From NCBI RefSeq assembly GCF_003019035.1, contig NZ_CP027447.1: a DNA stretch of 64,000 nucleotides. One strand, written 5' to 3'. The notes below the pieces were generated by a model. It was given only the letters and a program-made list of their open reading frames with translations. It searched no databases and was not told where the DNA came from. Of the stretch, positions 37,978-53,885 are shown in pieces. Position numbers and translations under genes: made by a program. Within the stretch, counting starts at the first letter, position 1. Each line of letters starts with the position of its first letter. The stretch comes from Escherichia coli. GTDB taxonomy: Bacteria; Pseudomonadota; Gammaproteobacteria; Enterobacterales; Enterobacteriaceae.

Positions 37978-40128
37978 ATGGCATTAACCGCCGCGCTTAA
38001 AGCGCAAATTGCCGCCTGGTATAAGGCGCTTCAGGAACAGATCCCCGACTTTATTCCCCGTGCGCCGCAGCGGCAGATGATTGCGGACGTCGCCAAAACG
38101 CTGGCCGGAGAAGAAGGGCGGCATCTGGCGATTGAAGCCCCTACCGGCGTTGGGAAAACGCTCTCTTATTTGATCCCCGGCATCGCCATTGCCCGCGAAG
38201 AGCAAAAAACGCTGGTGGTGAGTACCGCCAACGTGGCGTTGCAGGATCAGATTTACAGCAAAGATTTACCGCTGCTGAAAAAGATCATTCCCGATCTTAA
38301 ATTCACTGCCGCTTTTGGGCGTGGGCGCTACGTTTGCCCGCGTAATCTGACAGCGCTCGCCAGCACTGAGCCCACGCAACAGGATCTGCTGGCGTTTCTT
38401 GACGACGAACTGACGCCGAACAATCAGGAAGAGCAAAAACGTTGTGCGAAGCTGAAGGGCGATCTCGACACTTATAAATGGGATGGCCTGCGCGATCATA
38501 CTGATATCGCTATAGATGATGATCTCTGGCGTCGTTTGAGTACCGACAAAGCCAGCTGCCTCAACCGCAACTGTTACTACTATCGCGAATGCCCGTTTTT
38601 TGTCGCTCGTCGGGAAATTCAGGAAGCGGAAGTGGTGGTGGCAAACCATGCGCTGGTGATGGCGGCGATGGAAAGCGAAGCGGTATTGCCTGACCCGAAA
38701 AATTTACTGCTGGTGCTGGACGAAGGTCATCACCTGCCGGATGTGGCGCGGGATGCGCTGGAGATGAGTGCCGAAATCACCGCGCCCTGGTATCGACTAC
38801 AGCTGGACTTGTTCACGAAACTGGTCGCTACCTGCATGGAGCAGTTTCGCCCGAAGACCATCCCACCGCTGGCGATCCCTGAACGTTTGAATGCGCATTG
38901 TGAAGAGCTGTATGAGCTTATCGCCTCGTTAAACAACATTCTCAATCTCTACATGCCTGCCGGGCAGGAGGCAGAGCACCGTTTTGCGATGGGCGAACTG
39001 CCTGATGAAGTGCTGGAGATCTGCCAGCGGCTGGCAAAACTCACCGAGATGCTGCGTGGTCTGGCGGAGTTATTTCTTAACGATTTAAGTGAGAAAACCG
39101 GCAGCCATGACATTGTACGCCTGCATCGGTTGATTTTGCAGATGAACCGCGCGTTGGGGATGTTCGAGGCGCAAAGCAAACTCTGGCGGCTGGCGTCTCT
39201 GGCGCAATCTTCCGGTGCGCCGGTGACCAAATGGGCGACGCGGGAAGAGCGCGAAGGGCAGCTACATCTGTGGTTTCACTGTGTGGGTATTCGTGTTAGC
39301 GACCAACTGGAAAGGCTGCTGTGGCGCAGTATTCCGCACATTATTGTTACCTCCGCAACCTTGCGTTCGCTGAACAGTTTTTCGCGTTTGCAGGAGATGA
39401 GTGGGCTGAAAGAGAAAGCGGGCGACCGTTTTGTGGCGCTGGATTCCCCCTTTAACCACTGCGAACAGGGCAAAATTGTTATTCCCCGGATGCGCGTTGA
39501 GCCTTCCCTCGACAACGAAGAGCAGCATATTGCCGAAATGGCGGCCTTTTTCCGTAAGCAGGTGGAGAGCAAAAAACATCTCGGTATGTTGGTACTGTTT
39601 GCCAGCGGACGGGCGATGCAGCGCTTTCTCGACTATGTGACGGATTTACGTCTGATGTTGCTGGTGCAGGGCGATCAGCCGCGTTACCGTTTAGTTGAAC
39701 TGCACCGCAAACGCGTCGCCAACGGTGAGCGCAGCGTGCTGGTGGGCTTACAGTCATTTGCCGAAGGGCTTGATCTGAAAGGCGATCTGCTCAGCCAGGT
39801 GCATATCCACAAAATCGCTTTTCCGCCCATCGACAGCCCCGTGGTGATCACCGAAGGGGAATGGCTGAAAAGCCTCAACCGCTATCCGTTTGAGGTGCAA
39901 AGCCTGCCGAGCGCCTCGTTTAACCTGATTCAGCAGGTTGGGCGACTGATTCGAAGCCACGGTTGCTGGGGCGAAGTGGTGATTTACGATAAACGCTTGC
40001 TCACCAAAAACTACGGCAAGCGGCTACTGGATGCATTACCGGTATTTCCGATAGAGCAACCGGAAGTCCCTGAAGGTATAGTTAAAAAGAAAGAAAAAAC
40101 GAAATCCCCACGCCGTCGGCGGCGTTAA
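37978..40128 (+). CDS. dinG: ATP-dependent 5'-3' DNA helicase DinG (Fe-S, XPD-like)
   Basis: Track ORF 37879..40128 trimmed to ATG at 37978 (MALTAALKAQIAAWYKAL...), 716 aa; Walker A APTGVGKT, DEGHH box. Confidence 0.95.
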   Translation: MALTAALKAQIAAWYKALQEQIPDFIPRAPQRQMIADVAKTLAGEEGRHLAIEAPTGVGKTLSYLIPGIAIAREEQKTLVVSTANVALQDQIYSKDLPLLKKIIPDLKFTAAFGRGRYVCPRNLTALASTEPTQQDLLAFLDDELTPNNQEEQKRCAKLKGDLDTYKWDGLRDHTDIAIDDDLWRRLSTDKASCLNRNCYYYRECPFFVARREIQEAEVVVANHALVMAAMESEAVLPDPKNLLLVLDEGHHLPDVARDALEMSAEITAPWYRLQLDLFTKLVATCMEQFRPKTIPPLAIPERLNAHCEELYELIASLNNILNLYMPAGQEAEHRFAMGELPDEVLEICQRLAKLTEMLRGLAELFLNDLSEKTGSHDIVRLHRLILQMNRALGMFEAQSKLWRLASLAQSSGAPVTKWATREEREGQLHLWFHCVGIRVSDQLERLLWRSIPHIIVTSATLRSLNSFSRLQEMSGLKEKAGDRFVALDSPFNHCEQGKIVIPRMRVEPSLDNEEQHIAEMAAFFRKQVESKKHLGMLVLFASGRAMQRFLDYVTDLRLMLLVQGDQPRYRLVELHRKRVANGERSVLVGLQSFAEGLDLKGDLLSQVHIHKIAFPPIDSPVVITEGEWLKSLNRYPFEVQSLPSASFNLIQQVGRLIRSHGCWGEVVIYDKRLLTKNYGKRLLDALPVFPIEQPEVPEGIVKKKEKTKSPRRRRR

Positions 40129-40155
40129 TGATGTGAGTCAGGTAAGGAGTCGTAA

Positions 40156-41118
<963 letters not shown>

Positions 41119-41124
41119 TTCTTT

Positions 41125-42344
<1,220 letters not shown>

Positions 42345-42348
42345 AAAA

Positions 42349-42372
42349 AAGCCCGTCCAGTGGCGGACGGGC
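42349..42372 (+). terminator. ybiC terminator hairpin
   Basis: gcccgtcc agtg gcggacgggc stem immediately after the stop. Confidence 0.45.
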
Positions 42373-42483
42373 AAACAAGGGTAACATAGGATCAATGAGG
42401 GTTAGAGCATATGCGTCTGTCGGCAAACAGACAGGGAAATACTTGTGCTGGACGTAGCGTAAACGCCTGATCCAGCCTACGAA

Positions 42484-42744
42484 TTACTTATAGATAACCG
42501 CGGTACCGCTTAATTTATTGTTGTTGGTGGCAGAAGTGATGCTGTATCCACTAGCACCGGCTGCCGCAGCTTTCTCAGCCAGTTTCGCTTCCAGGGCATC
42601 GAGGGTGGATGCGCCATCGGCAGAAACCACGCCGATTTTATTCATGTTCTGTGCCTGGGATGCCGTTACCGGTTCCGCCGCGAACACGCCAAATGACAAA
42701 GTTGAAAGAGCCATAGCAGCAACAACAGTATTGATAGTTTTCAT
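42484..42744 (-). CDS. ybiJ: DUF1471 (YdgH/BhsA/McbA family) small periplasmic protein YbiJ
   Basis: 86-aa ORF with signal peptide and C-terminal GTAVIYK signature. Confidence 0.9.
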   Translation of the reverse strand: MKTINTVVAAMALSTLSFGVFAAEPVTASQAQNMNKIGVVSADGASTLDALEAKLAEKAAAAGASGYSITSATNNNKLSGTAVIYK

Positions 42745-43008
42745 AATTAATCTCTCGCAGGTGATTTTTGTATAAGTGACGTTGTTTCGTCGATGTGATG
42801 AGTATCACGTTTTTTTACGAGAGATAAAATCGAAGAGAATTGACCGCCTTGTTCAAATAAATTGATTGATATCTAACATACTGATAAACCATTTATTTGT
42901 TGTATTTATGAATCCGTTTTGTACCGCGTGGTGCTCACGGCAGCGTTAAAGGCACGGAATGCCACGCAAAATACAAATTACACTCACTAAACATCCCGCC
43001 AGTTGCAG

Positions 43009-43275
43009 TTAACGTAACTGGCTGTCTTTCGAACCTCTGCGATTATATCCTGTATAAGCTGGTTTTTGTAAATCTTTCTCCTGTTGGCAGTGAATGCATA
43101 AGCGCACGCCAGGAATGGCTTCCCGACGGGCCTGCGGGATGGGGGCGCCGCACTCTTCACATTCATACAGGCTCTCGCCACGCGGAATTTCACCCCGGGC
43201 ACGGGCAATCGCATCTTCAATTGTACTGTTGATCTGTTCGTTGACGGCGTCATCGTTAGCCCAACCGGATGCCAT
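43009..43275 (-). CDS. ybiI: DksA/TraR-family C4 zinc-finger protein YbiI
   Basis: 88-aa ORF with CxxC...CxxC (CEECGAPIPQARREAIPGVRLCIHCQ). Confidence 0.9.
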   Translation of the reverse strand: MASGWANDDAVNEQINSTIEDAIARARGEIPRGESLYECEECGAPIPQARREAIPGVRLCIHCQQEKDLQKPAYTGYNRRGSKDSQLR

Positions 43276-43348
43276 ATCGTCCTCCCCATATCAATGCTTG
43301 TACAGTTAAGTGTAGCTAATATAGGGACGAACTCGGGCAGTTCAAGCG

Positions 43349-44026
43349 TCAGATCTCCGACCATTCCCGCAGCAGATTATGATAAAGATTGAGCAGCGAC
43401 AGGATCTCTTCACTTTCGCCATGGCGGCTTTTCAGCGACTGAATATTGGTGTCCAGTTCGAACAGCATGGCGCGCTTTTTATCATCGCGGATCATCGACT
43501 GGATCCACATAAATGATGCCACCCGTACGCCACGGGTTACGGGTGTCACGCAGTGCAGGCTGCTGGAAGGGTACAACACCAGATCGCCTGCCGGGAGTTT
43601 TACCCGATGTTGTCCGAAGGTGTCATTAACGACCAGTTCGCCGCCGTCGTAGCTTTCTGGATCGCTTAAAAACAGCGTGGCAGAAAGGTCAGTGCGCATC
43701 CAGCCGTTTTGTGGATGGCTGCGTACTGCGCCATCCACATGAAAACCATAGGTTTCATTGTTCTGATAGCGATTAAACAGCGGCGTGGAAAGGGTACGCG
43801 GCAAGGCCGCGGCAAAGAACAAAGCATGTTGGTTAACCGCGTTCAGCACCTCATTTTGCAGGGCGGCGTATAACGTGCTGCGGGTGTCTACCTGTTGATT
43901 GTTCTTGACTTGCGCACCTTGTGCGCCGGTGGTGACGCGTCCATCCACCCATTCGGCTTGTTCCAGTTGTTCGCGAAAACGGGCGACGTCCTGTGGCGAT
44001 AACACGCCGGGAATGTGGTACATCAT
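43349..44026 (-). CDS. ybiX: Fe(II)/2-oxoglutarate-dependent hydroxylase YbiX (PKHD-type)
   Basis: Track ORF 43349..44062 trimmed to the ATG at 44026 ([17 protein letters not shown]...), 225 aa; co-oriented with and downstream of fiu. Confidence 0.9.
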   Translation of the reverse strand: MMYHIPGVLSPQDVARFREQLEQAEWVDGRVTTGAQGAQVKNNQQVDTRSTLYAALQNEVLNAVNQHALFFAAALPRTLSTPLFNRYQNNETYGFHVDGAVRSHPQNGWMRTDLSATLFLSDPESYDGGELVVNDTFGQHRVKLPAGDLVLYPSSSLHCVTPVTRGVRVASFMWIQSMIRDDKKRAMLFELDTNIQSLKSRHGESEEILSLLNLYHNLLREWSEI

Positions 44027-44067
44027 ACAAGTTCTCCAAAAAGTGGGGCCTGCGCCCCACATCTGAA

Positions 44068-46350
44068 TCAGAAATGCATATTGGCCGTGAGCAAGAAGGT
44101 TCTTGGCTCGCCCGGGTGATAACGGTAGCCGCTCTTGTTGATTGAGGCGACGTAATCGGTATCAAACAGGTTGTAGACGTTTAGCTGGAAGTCGAGATTG
44201 CGATTAACCCGATACCCCAGTTTAGCGTCGGCGACCCAATAACCTTCGGTAAACGCTGGCGTTCCCACCGCGCCGTCAGAACCTTTATGCATACTGCCGA
44301 TATAGCGTGCGCCCGCACCAACGGAAATATCATCGGTTGCCTGATACTGGCTCCATAAGGTAAAGGCGTGCTCCGGGGTATACGGCAGCGATGAGGAACC
44401 ATCCTGGGCAACATCTTTGCCGTTTTTGATGGTTGCTTTTTGCTGGGTATAGCCGCCAATCACCTGCCACGCGGGAGTGATATTCCCGGCCACGGATATC
44501 TCATAGCCTTCGACGCGTTTCTTACCGTATTGCGAGTAAGTTCCGTCATCATTTTGCTCAACTTCATTTTCGATATCAGTACGGAACAGCGCGGCGGTGA
44601 GCAACAGGCGTTTATCCAGAACCTGCCATTTGGTGCCAATCTCGCTGGTGTTGGCTTTTTGCGGTTTAAAATCGGTGCGGTTGGCACTGTTACCGCTGCC
44701 AGACTGCGCAAGGGCGAAGTTGTTGCCGCCCGGAGGCTGCTGGGAAACGGCATAGTTAATATAGACATTGCCGTTTTCCGTCAGGTGATACAGCGCCCCG
44801 GCTTTCCAGTTCACCAGATTGCCCGACTTGGCGGTATCGACGGTGGTGACCGGAGAACCTTTTGCCACGCCAGCAGGGCAGGTGATGGCACCGCGTCCGC
44901 TGCCGCCGCAGGCGGTGGCACTGTCATATTCAGTATGATAATTATCCAGACGGATCCCGCCGTTCAGCTCAAAATCACGGGTGATTTGCAGCGTATCGAA
45001 GGCGTAAATTGCGAAGGTATCCGTCTGACCATTGGCGTTTGCGCCGTTGCGCGTCAGGCCGCCGGGATGAATGCTGCTGTCAGGATGATAAATATTTACC
45101 GCAGGTAACGTCACCGGATTAACGCCGTAGTTAGTCTGCGTTTCACGGGTAAATTCCACGCCGGTACTGACATCATGACCGATAGAACCGGTATAGAACG
45201 TCGAGGTCAGGTTGGTCTGGTTGGTGAGAATTTTATTACTCACATCTTTAGTATTCGCCGTGCGTGACCAGGTCCAGCTATTCACATCGCTGGTGGGCTG
45301 GGTAATATTCGACGCCCCGCCCATAATCACCGTCATCAGGTAATCCTGCTTCACGCGCGACCAACGGGTAGTATTGCGAATGGTGGTGTTATCGTTGATG
45401 TCGTGCTCAAAACGCATGGTAGCGGTGTCGGTGGTCGAATCGTCGTAATCGGAATCCGTGCCGTAAAAGTTATGAGTATCAACTTTTCCGGAATGATTCA
45501 GGGCCGCCGTTCCCGCAGATGGGGCAGAATAACCCGGTAAACCGATGGTCGGAATGCCGCCGTCTGGCGTGTTGTGCTGGGTGACATGCAGATAATTAAG
45601 ATACAAACGATTCGCTGTGCCAAGGCCAAAAGCGACAGAAGGGGCGACGCCGTAACGCTCATTTTTAACTTTGTCGCGTCCGGCATCGTGCGTTTTTTCA
45701 CCCATCACATTCAGGCGCACCGCAGTGGTATCACCAATGACCTGATTGACGTCCAGCGTGCCGCGGCGGAACCAGGCGCTGCCAATACTCGCGGAGGCGT
45801 CAATGCCGGAATCATTGCGCGGCTGCTTGCTGATCATATTGATCGAGCCCGTCGGCGCGCTGCGCCCGTAGTCGGTGCCGGACGGCCCTTTAATTACTTC
45901 GACCTGCTCGGTATTGAAGGTGTCGCGCGAGACGCTGCCGATATCGCGAATGCCATCAATATAAATACTGTTAGAAGTATCGGCACCGCGCATATAAATG
46001 GCGTCGCCAGTGGTGGAGTTACCGTTCTCACCCGCAAAAAACGCACCCACGCCGGGGACGTTTTTGAGCGCGTCGGTAAGGTTGGTTGCGCCCTGATCTT
46101 TAATCACTTGTTCAGAAATCACCGTCATCGTGCGGGTAGTATCCGCTACCGGACGCGAGAATTTCGGATCGGCAGATTGTTGTGGCGCATAAAGCGAAGG
46201 CGTTGATGCTTCGACAACCAGCGTGTCATCCGCGTTAGTTTGCCCTTCGGCGGCGAGAGCCTGAGCCACAGGCGTGATGCCAATACAAAGACCAGCAAAG
46301 AACGTGAGTGAATGAAATTGTCTGGCAGGGAAATTGCGATTGTTTTCCAT
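44068..46350 (-). CDS. fiu: TonB-dependent catecholate siderophore receptor Fiu
   Basis: 760-aa ORF with signal peptide, TonB box region and terminal aromatic residue (…TANMHF). Confidence 0.95.
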   Translation of the reverse strand: MENNRNFPARQFHSLTFFAGLCIGITPVAQALAAEGQTNADDTLVVEASTPSLYAPQQSADPKFSRPVADTTRTMTVISEQVIKDQGATNLTDALKNVPGVGAFFAGENGNSTTGDAIYMRGADTSNSIYIDGIRDIGSVSRDTFNTEQVEVIKGPSGTDYGRSAPTGSINMISKQPRNDSGIDASASIGSAWFRRGTLDVNQVIGDTTAVRLNVMGEKTHDAGRDKVKNERYGVAPSVAFGLGTANRLYLNYLHVTQHNTPDGGIPTIGLPGYSAPSAGTAALNHSGKVDTHNFYGTDSDYDDSTTDTATMRFEHDINDNTTIRNTTRWSRVKQDYLMTVIMGGASNITQPTSDVNSWTWSRTANTKDVSNKILTNQTNLTSTFYTGSIGHDVSTGVEFTRETQTNYGVNPVTLPAVNIYHPDSSIHPGGLTRNGANANGQTDTFAIYAFDTLQITRDFELNGGIRLDNYHTEYDSATACGGSGRGAITCPAGVAKGSPVTTVDTAKSGNLVNWKAGALYHLTENGNVYINYAVSQQPPGGNNFALAQSGSGNSANRTDFKPQKANTSEIGTKWQVLDKRLLLTAALFRTDIENEVEQNDDGTYSQYGKKRVEGYEISVAGNITPAWQVIGGYTQQKATIKNGKDVAQDGSSSLPYTPEHAFTLWSQYQATDDISVGAGARYIGSMHKGSDGAVGTPAFTEGYWVADAKLGYRVNRNLDFQLNVYNLFDTDYVASINKSGYRYHPGEPRTFLLTANMHF

Positions 46351-46454
46351 TTTGCAGGTGACTTTTTCTTATATGTTGAAATTTTCACTGCCACGAGAAA
46401 GCATCTCTGCGGATGCGATGCCACTGTTAATCTCGTGATAGCGTTCGTGTAAGT

Positions 46455-46479
46455 GATAATAATTTTGATAAGCATTATC
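46455..46479. promoter_or_regulatory. Fur box in the fiu promoter
   Basis: gataataattttgataagcattatc contains tandem GATAAT-type hexamers about 100 bp upstream of the fiu start. Confidence 0.55.
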
Positions 46480-46614
46480 ACCTGGCGCGATTTTCTATCA
46501 CCCATTGCGCGAAAAAGAAATACATTTATTTACATTGCGTTCATATTTGATGTTTTTTGCTTACAAATCGGACGAAAACTGCATCCAGAGGCGAATGCAG
46601 TTACGTTGGTGGGG

Positions 46615-46875
46615 TTATTTGTAGATGATTGCAGTACCGAACATCTGGTCATTTCCGCCTGCGGAATTAATGACATAACCTTTCGCGCCTTGTTCGCGCG
46701 CTTTTTCTGCCAGTTTATCCTCCAGATCGCTTAGGTTTGATGCGCCAGTTGCCGAAACGGTACCGGCGGGCCGTAGCTGACCGCTGTCCAGGTTACTCAT
46801 CGGTTGCGCGGCATAAGCCGTGAGAGAGATTCCGCTCAGGACGGTGGCAATCAGTAGTGTGAGGCACTTTTTCAT
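46615..46875 (-). CDS. mcbA: DUF1471-family periplasmic protein McbA (YbiM)
   Basis: Track ORF 46615..47019 trimmed to the ATG at 46875 (MKKCLTLLIATVLSG...), 86 aa; C-terminal GTAIIYK. Confidence 0.88.
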   Translation of the reverse strand: MKKCLTLLIATVLSGISLTAYAAQPMSNLDSGQLRPAGTVSATGASNLSDLEDKLAEKAREQGAKGYVINSAGGNDQMFGTAIIYK

Positions 46876-47150
46876 AATGACATCCTCATAAATACAACGG
46901 GTAGTGCCTGATAAGTGTAGGTCGCCTGGGCGATGAAAATGACGCAAAAAATTGACAGAGATGCGCTTATTTTTTGAACGATATATTTTTGCAAAATAAG
47001 ACAAATCAATGACATGCATGATGATGATTTTTATGGTGAATTGCCATAAACCATAGCCATGTGAAGGTTTTTAGAAATGATAAACGCAGCCAGATATTTA
47101 CCCTGTCGTGTTATGCGGGTATCTTACGCCGCTGCTTAAAGGAGAATGCT

Positions 47151-48077
47151 ATGTCCGCCCAGAAACCGGGGTTGCATCCGCGCAACCGTCATCACAGCCG
47201 CTACGATCTCGCCACACTTTGTCAGGTCAATCCTGAACTCAGGCAATTCCTCACGCTTACACCCGCCGGGGAGCAAAGCGTAGACTTTGCCAATCCGCTG
47301 GCGGTGAAGGCGCTCAATAAGGCGTTGCTGGCCCATTTTTACGCCGTAGCGAACTGGGATATCCCCGACGGTTTTCTCTGCCCACCAGTACCGGGCCGGG
47401 CGGATTATATTCATCACCTTGCCGATTTACTGGCAGAAGCAACAGGATCAATTCCAGCTAATGCCAGCATTCTGGATATCGGCGTTGGTGCGAACTGTAT
47501 TTATCCGCTGATTGGCGTACATGAATATGGCTGGCGTTTTACTGGTAGTGAAACCAGCAGCCAGGCGTTAAGCAGTGCGCAGGCGATCATCAGTGCTAAT
47601 CCGGGGCTTAACCGCGCCATTCGTCTGCGTCGGCAAAAAGAGAGTGGGGCGATTTTTAACGGCATCATCCATAAAAACGAGCAATACGACGCGACCTTGT
47701 GTAACCCGCCATTCCACGATTCCGCCGCTGCGGCACGGGCAGGTAGTGAACGTAAACGCCGTAACCTGGGGCTAAACAAAGACGATGCACTGAATTTTGG
47801 TGGTCAGCAACAGGAGTTGTGGTGTGAAGGCGGTGAAGTCGCTTTTATCAAAAAGATGATTGAAGAGAGCAAAGGCTTCGCGAAGCAGGTGATGTGGTTT
47901 ACCTCACTGGTATCTCGTGGTGAAAACTTACCGCCGTTGTATCGTGCCCTGACGGACGTGGGCGCGGTGAAGGTGGTTAAAAAAGAGATGGCCCAGGGGC
48001 AAAAGCAGAGTCGCTTTATTGCCTGGACCTTTATGAACGACGAGCAGCGCCGCCGTTTTGTCAATCGCCAGCGTTAA
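47151..48077 (+). CDS. rlmF: 23S rRNA (adenine1618-N6)-methyltransferase
   Basis: Track ORF 47061..48077 trimmed to ATG at 47151 ([20 protein letters not shown]...) behind AGGAG, 308 aa; NPPF motif. Confidence 0.92.
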   Translation: MSAQKPGLHPRNRHHSRYDLATLCQVNPELRQFLTLTPAGEQSVDFANPLAVKALNKALLAHFYAVANWDIPDGFLCPPVPGRADYIHHLADLLAEATGSIPANASILDIGVGANCIYPLIGVHEYGWRFTGSETSSQALSSAQAIISANPGLNRAIRLRRQKESGAIFNGIIHKNEQYDATLCNPPFHDSAAAARAGSERKRRNLGLNKDDALNFGGQQQELWCEGGEVAFIKKMIEESKGFAKQVMWFTSLVSRGENLPPLYRALTDVGAVKVVKKEMAQGQKQSRFIAWTFMNDEQRRRFVNRQR

Positions 48078-50299
48078 AGCGTTGGTTCCCCCGGCGGCAA
48101 CGGTTCAGCCGGGGTCGCGCCCGGAGCAGGCAGCACCTGATAAGTCTGCACTGGCGCGCGAACGCCCGCCAGGTCGAAATGTTTTTTCACCTGGCTGTCG
48201 AGGGCAAAGCGTACCGTCCACTGTTTGAGTGGCAGCGTGGTGAACGAAACACGCAGTGTAAACGCGGTATTGCTTAAGCCGACAATCCCGGCAAAATTCG
48301 GTTCACCAATAATCAGCCCGCGAATTTCTTCGTTTTCCATCAATTCCGCTACCGCATCTTTCAGTGCCTGATTGGCTTTATCAGCATCTTCATGGCGATC
48401 AACATCGTAATTTGCCACCACCGAACCAATGCCGCGGACGAAGTTAGCAAAGGTAGTTATCGAAGACCACGGAATGATGTGATACGCCCCGGTATCCTGA
48501 CGCACGCCCACGGAGCGAATCGACATCCGTTCCACAGTGCCGGTCAACGGCCCGATAGTCACCAAATCTCCAGTGTTCATGCCGTTTTCAAACTGAATAA
48601 ATACCCCGGTGATAATATCTTTCACCAGCGTTTGCGAACCAAACGAGATAGCCAGACCTAATGCCCCGGCACCTGCCAGCAATGGCGCGATATTAACGCC
48701 GATTTCCGACAACACAATCATGATGGTGATGGTACTGATAATCACCGCCAGCGCGTTACGAAACAGCGTCAGCAGGGTACGCGTACGGGCGCTGGGTAGC
48801 GGGCGGCCATGAATATCCGAAGCCAGCCGGTTTTCGATCAAACTGGCGAGCACTGTCCAGCCAACCGCCGAGAAGAAAAGAATGAGTGCGATACGGATCA
48901 GGATATCTACGGTTTTCTGCCCCGCGCCGTTTTGCAGCCAGTTCCAGAAATCGAACAATCCCCATGCGCTCAACAGCAGCATTACCGCCACGCAGACGGT
49001 CAGAATACGCGCCGTTTTCAGCGCCGCCGACAGCCAGCCATTCAACCGTTTTTGCAGCTCCGGATAGTTACGCTGAGTATGTGGCGAGAGGGTGATGGTT
49101 TTCGCCAGCCAGCGGGAAAACATACCGGAAACAAATGCTGCGATACCAATAATCGCCAGGCTGCGCACCGTTGCACCCATCATAAATTTCAGGCTGTTGC
49201 CCGGATCGAACAACGAAAAGAAAAACAGCACGATAAAATAGGCGCTTGCCAGCCAGTGCCACACCAGCGCAAAGGCGCGGATAAACAGGCTGAAAAAGGC
49301 CAGCGAATGCTCCGCGAAGTTGAGCAAATGCTGGGTAATCTCTTTTTTATTACGAAAGATCAGGTACAGCGCCCAGACCGTCATGCACAGCATAATGATG
49401 ACGTTCGCCAGCGCACCTATCTGTACATTCACCTGATTAGAGATAATCGGCACGGCCACAATCAGGCCATAGCCAATCAGGCTGCTTAACCAGCTCAGGC
49501 GACGGCTCCAGTAACGGGCGGTCTCGTCATGAATCGTGAACGGGCGCAGTTCCGCCACGTTTGGGCAAAAAATCAGGCGTAGTACAGCTTTGAAAAATTC
49601 AATCAGGGCAAAGGCGTTGAGAAACAAACTTTGTTGGAAAGCGATGGTGCGACTGCCCGCATTCAGGTTGTCGCTTAATACCTGGCCGACAAATAATGTC
49701 AGTGCCAGTAACAGCAGGTCGATAATAAACGCCCCGATGATCATCGCCGGAAGCTGCAACCAGTTACTGCGCTCACGATTTTTTTGCCGCGCCCACTGGC
49801 CCATTTTGCGATACAGCGGCAGTGCGCACAGACGAATCAGCCAGTAAAAACCAAACACTAATACCGCTAACATTGAAAAGTGGGTCAGCGCATTGCTGAA
49901 GGTTTGTGGATTAAACGGCTTATGCGGGGAGCCGATGATATTGCGATAAAGTTGCCCGAAGCGGGCGGAAAGGGCTTCACCATAATGGCGGCTGACTTCG
50001 GTGACCTTTTGCAGCACGGTTTGCTCTTCAACCAGCGTCGGCGGCACGATCTTCGGTACGGGTTCCGCAGGGGGCGTCGCGGCGACGGTGCGCAACTGGT
50101 CGATCAACTCTTTACGTGAGGTGTCATTATCCAGCACATCCGCCAGTGCGCCATAGGCCGCTTTTTTTTGTTCGATATCCGGTTCCGGGGCCGGTTCAGT
50201 CGTTGAGTCCGTTGTCGTTGTGGTTGTAACGCCGGGTATGGATACCGCGTGGGCAGGTGCGCCCAGCAGGCAGAAGAGGATGAACAGGATCCACCGCAT
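48074..50299 (-). CDS. ybiO: MscS-family mechanosensitive channel YbiO
   Basis: Track ORF 48074..50326 trimmed to the ATG at 50299 ([18 protein letters not shown]...), 741 aa; signal peptide, multiple TM helices, MscS core. Confidence 0.92.
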   Translation of the reverse strand: MRWILFILFCLLGAPAHAVSIPGVTTTTTTDSTTEPAPEPDIEQKKAAYGALADVLDNDTSRKELIDQLRTVAATPPAEPVPKIVPPTLVEEQTVLQKVTEVSRHYGEALSARFGQLYRNIIGSPHKPFNPQTFSNALTHFSMLAVLVFGFYWLIRLCALPLYRKMGQWARQKNRERSNWLQLPAMIIGAFIIDLLLLALTLFVGQVLSDNLNAGSRTIAFQQSLFLNAFALIEFFKAVLRLIFCPNVAELRPFTIHDETARYWSRRLSWLSSLIGYGLIVAVPIISNQVNVQIGALANVIIMLCMTVWALYLIFRNKKEITQHLLNFAEHSLAFFSLFIRAFALVWHWLASAYFIVLFFFSLFDPGNSLKFMMGATVRSLAIIGIAAFVSGMFSRWLAKTITLSPHTQRNYPELQKRLNGWLSAALKTARILTVCVAVMLLLSAWGLFDFWNWLQNGAGQKTVDILIRIALILFFSAVGWTVLASLIENRLASDIHGRPLPSARTRTLLTLFRNALAVIISTITIMIVLSEIGVNIAPLLAGAGALGLAISFGSQTLVKDIITGVFIQFENGMNTGDLVTIGPLTGTVERMSIRSVGVRQDTGAYHIIPWSSITTFANFVRGIGSVVANYDVDRHEDADKANQALKDAVAELMENEEIRGLIIGEPNFAGIVGLSNTAFTLRVSFTTLPLKQWTVRFALDSQVKKHFDLAGVRAPVQTYQVLPAPGATPAEPLPPGEPTL

Positions 50300-50382
50300 G
50301 ACTCCTCCAGTGAGAAAACAGAGCAAAAAGATAAGTATAGATGCTGGAGGAGGGGCGATTTTAAATGAGAGGAATCTGGTGT

Positions 50383-50407
50383 GCCTCCCTTTCGGGGGAA
50401 AGGGAGG
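50383..50407 (-). terminator. glnQ (glnHPQ operon) terminator hairpin
   Basis: cctcccttt cggggg aaagggagg stem just downstream of the glnQ stop on the minus strand. Confidence 0.5.
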
Positions 50408-50415
50408 CTGAGAAG

Positions 50416-51138
50416 TTAAGAGACGTGCTGCAAAAATTCCTGCAAGCGCTGGCTCGGTGGGTTCTTGATCAACACCTGCGGATCGCCATCTTCCGCAATC
50501 CGGCCTTTGTCGATAAAGATCAGGCGCGAAGCTACTTTCTCGGCAAAACCGATTTCGTGTGTCACGATCACCATCGTCATCCCTTCTTCAGCCAGATCCT
50601 GCATAACCTTCAGCACTTCATGGCGCAGTTCCGGGTCAAGAGCGGAAGTCGGTTCATCAAACAGCATCATTTTCGGCTTCACCGCCAGCGCGCGTGCGAT
50701 CGCCACACGCTGCTGTTGACCACCAGAAAGTTCGGAAGGGTAGTGATGTGCACGTTCTGCCAGACCGACTTTCGCCAGCAGCTCACGCGCCAGTTTTTCC
50801 GCCTCTTCTTTGTTCGCGCCACGCACGCGTAGCGGACCAAACATGACGTTTTCCAGCGCCGTCAGATGCGGGAAGAGGTAAAACTGCTGGAACACCATAC
50901 CTGCTTCCTGGCGAATCAGGCGCTCGTCAACTTTCGGATCGTTAACCTTCAGGCCATCGACAATCAGATCGCCGGAAGTGATTTCTTCCAGTTTGTTGAT
51001 GCAGCGCAGCAGGGTCGATTTACCGGAACCGGACGGCCCGATAATCACCACGACTTCGCCCTGAGCAATGTTCAAATCGATATTGTGCAGCACCTGGGTT
51101 GGACCAAAATGCTTGGAGACGTTTTTAAATTCAATCAC
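50416..51138 (-). CDS. glnQ: Glutamine ABC transporter ATP-binding protein
   Basis: 240-aa ORF with Walker [10 protein letters not shown] and LSGGQQQR signature. Confidence 0.97.
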
Positions 51139-51794
51139 AGGATTTTCATCCTTCTTTCCAGACGACGCAGAATAAAGCTCAGCACCAGGGTAATAATCAG
51201 ATAGAACACCGCCACGGCGCTCCAGATCTCAAGGGCGCGGAAGTTACCGGCAATAATTTCTTGCCCCTGACGGGTCAGTTCCGCCACGCCGATAACAATA
51301 AACAGCGAGGTGTCTTTAATGCTGATGATCCACTGGTTACCCAGCGGCGGCAGCATACGACGCAGTGCCAGCGGTAAAATGACGTAGCGAATGGTTTCCC
51401 AACGTGAAAGACCGAGCGCCAGTCCTGCTTCACGAAAACCTTTGTGAATAGACAGCACCGCACCACGCGTGATTTCCGCAATGTACGCGCCAGAGTTGAT
51501 CATGATGGTGACCACCGCCGCAGTAAACGGGTCGATGCGTAAGTCGTTAAACGCCATCGGCAGGGCGAAATAGATAAACATCACCTGGACGACGATAGGT
51601 GTGCCGCGGATCACTTCAATAAAGACCAGCGCGACGTGGTTGGCTATCCAACCACCGAAGGTGCGTGCAAAACCTGCCAGCAATCCGATCACCAGGCCGC
51701 CAGCCAGACCGAGGACCGAGATCCACAGGGTCATTTTGGCACCTTCAATCAGAAGCGGAATGGCTGGCCAGATGGCACTCCAGTCAAACTGCAT
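51135..51794 (-). CDS. glnP: Glutamine ABC transporter permease
   Basis: 219-aa membrane ORF overlapping glnQ by 4 nt. Confidence 0.97.
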
Positions 51795-51846
51795 ATGTTG
51801 TTCCTGTTACCGTGGTGTAAATAATCAAATTCAGGGTAATTAATGG

Positions 51847-51903
51847 CCCCGGAGCGGGTTTGCGCCCCTCACCCTAATCCTCTCCCCAGAGGGGAGAGGG
51901 AAC
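51847..51903. repeat. GC-rich palindromic intergenic repeat (Box C-like) between glnH and glnP
   Basis: ctctcccc agag gggagag hairpin embedded in gcgcccctcaccctaatcc...; family assignment from memory. Confidence 0.35.
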
Positions 51904-51932
51904 TGCCAGTGCGCCTTACAGGCGTAGCGTTA

Positions 51933-52694
<762 letters not shown>

Positions 52695-52730
52695 CTATCC
52701 ACGGGACGATCCCCTGCGTGACATTCACAT

Positions 52731-52750
52731 ATATGAAAAAATCGTGCCAG
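52731..52750 (-). promoter_or_regulatory. Candidate sigma-54 promoter glnHp2
   Basis: Minus strand reads cTGGCACgatttTTTCAtat (-24 GG / -12 TC-type spacing) about 50 bp upstream of glnH. Confidence 0.45.
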
Positions 52751-53082
52751 TTTTGCAACTCATTGATTTTTCGAGATGCGGCAAAAACGTGATGCACGAT
52801 TTATAGGGCAATACCCTGAAGATGCACCATTCTGGGGCACCAAACTGGTGCGCTAAAATTGTGCACTCAACACAGTGATTATTTAGCGTAAAACCTGATG
52901 AAAAAACAATCTTTATGTAACGATTGTGTGATGATGTGGATACAAAAAATTTACTTAACCAGCTGGTGATAGCAGATGGATGCACTAAATAAGTGCGTTG
53001 AGGCGGGCTACAAAACAAAACGGCCTCCTGTCAGGAAGCCGCTTTTATCGTGTACTAAAGTTCTGCACCATCAGCGATGGAT

Positions 53083-53760
<678 letters not shown>

Positions 53761-53885
53761 TTATTTGCTCGCCAGGAATTTTCGGAATAAATATGCTTTT
53801 GCATAATTCGATATATAAAGACGGTGTAGAGGAAAAGTAGCGAGAAAATCTGCATGGTTATGCATAACCATGCAGAAATGTAAAT

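Noticed and set aside
42460-42480. cgcctgatccagcctacg downstream of ybiC as a possible second IS621 target-like site
   Set aside because: It resembles ATCAGGCCTAC only loosely (atccagcctac) and has no IS; not a supported feature.
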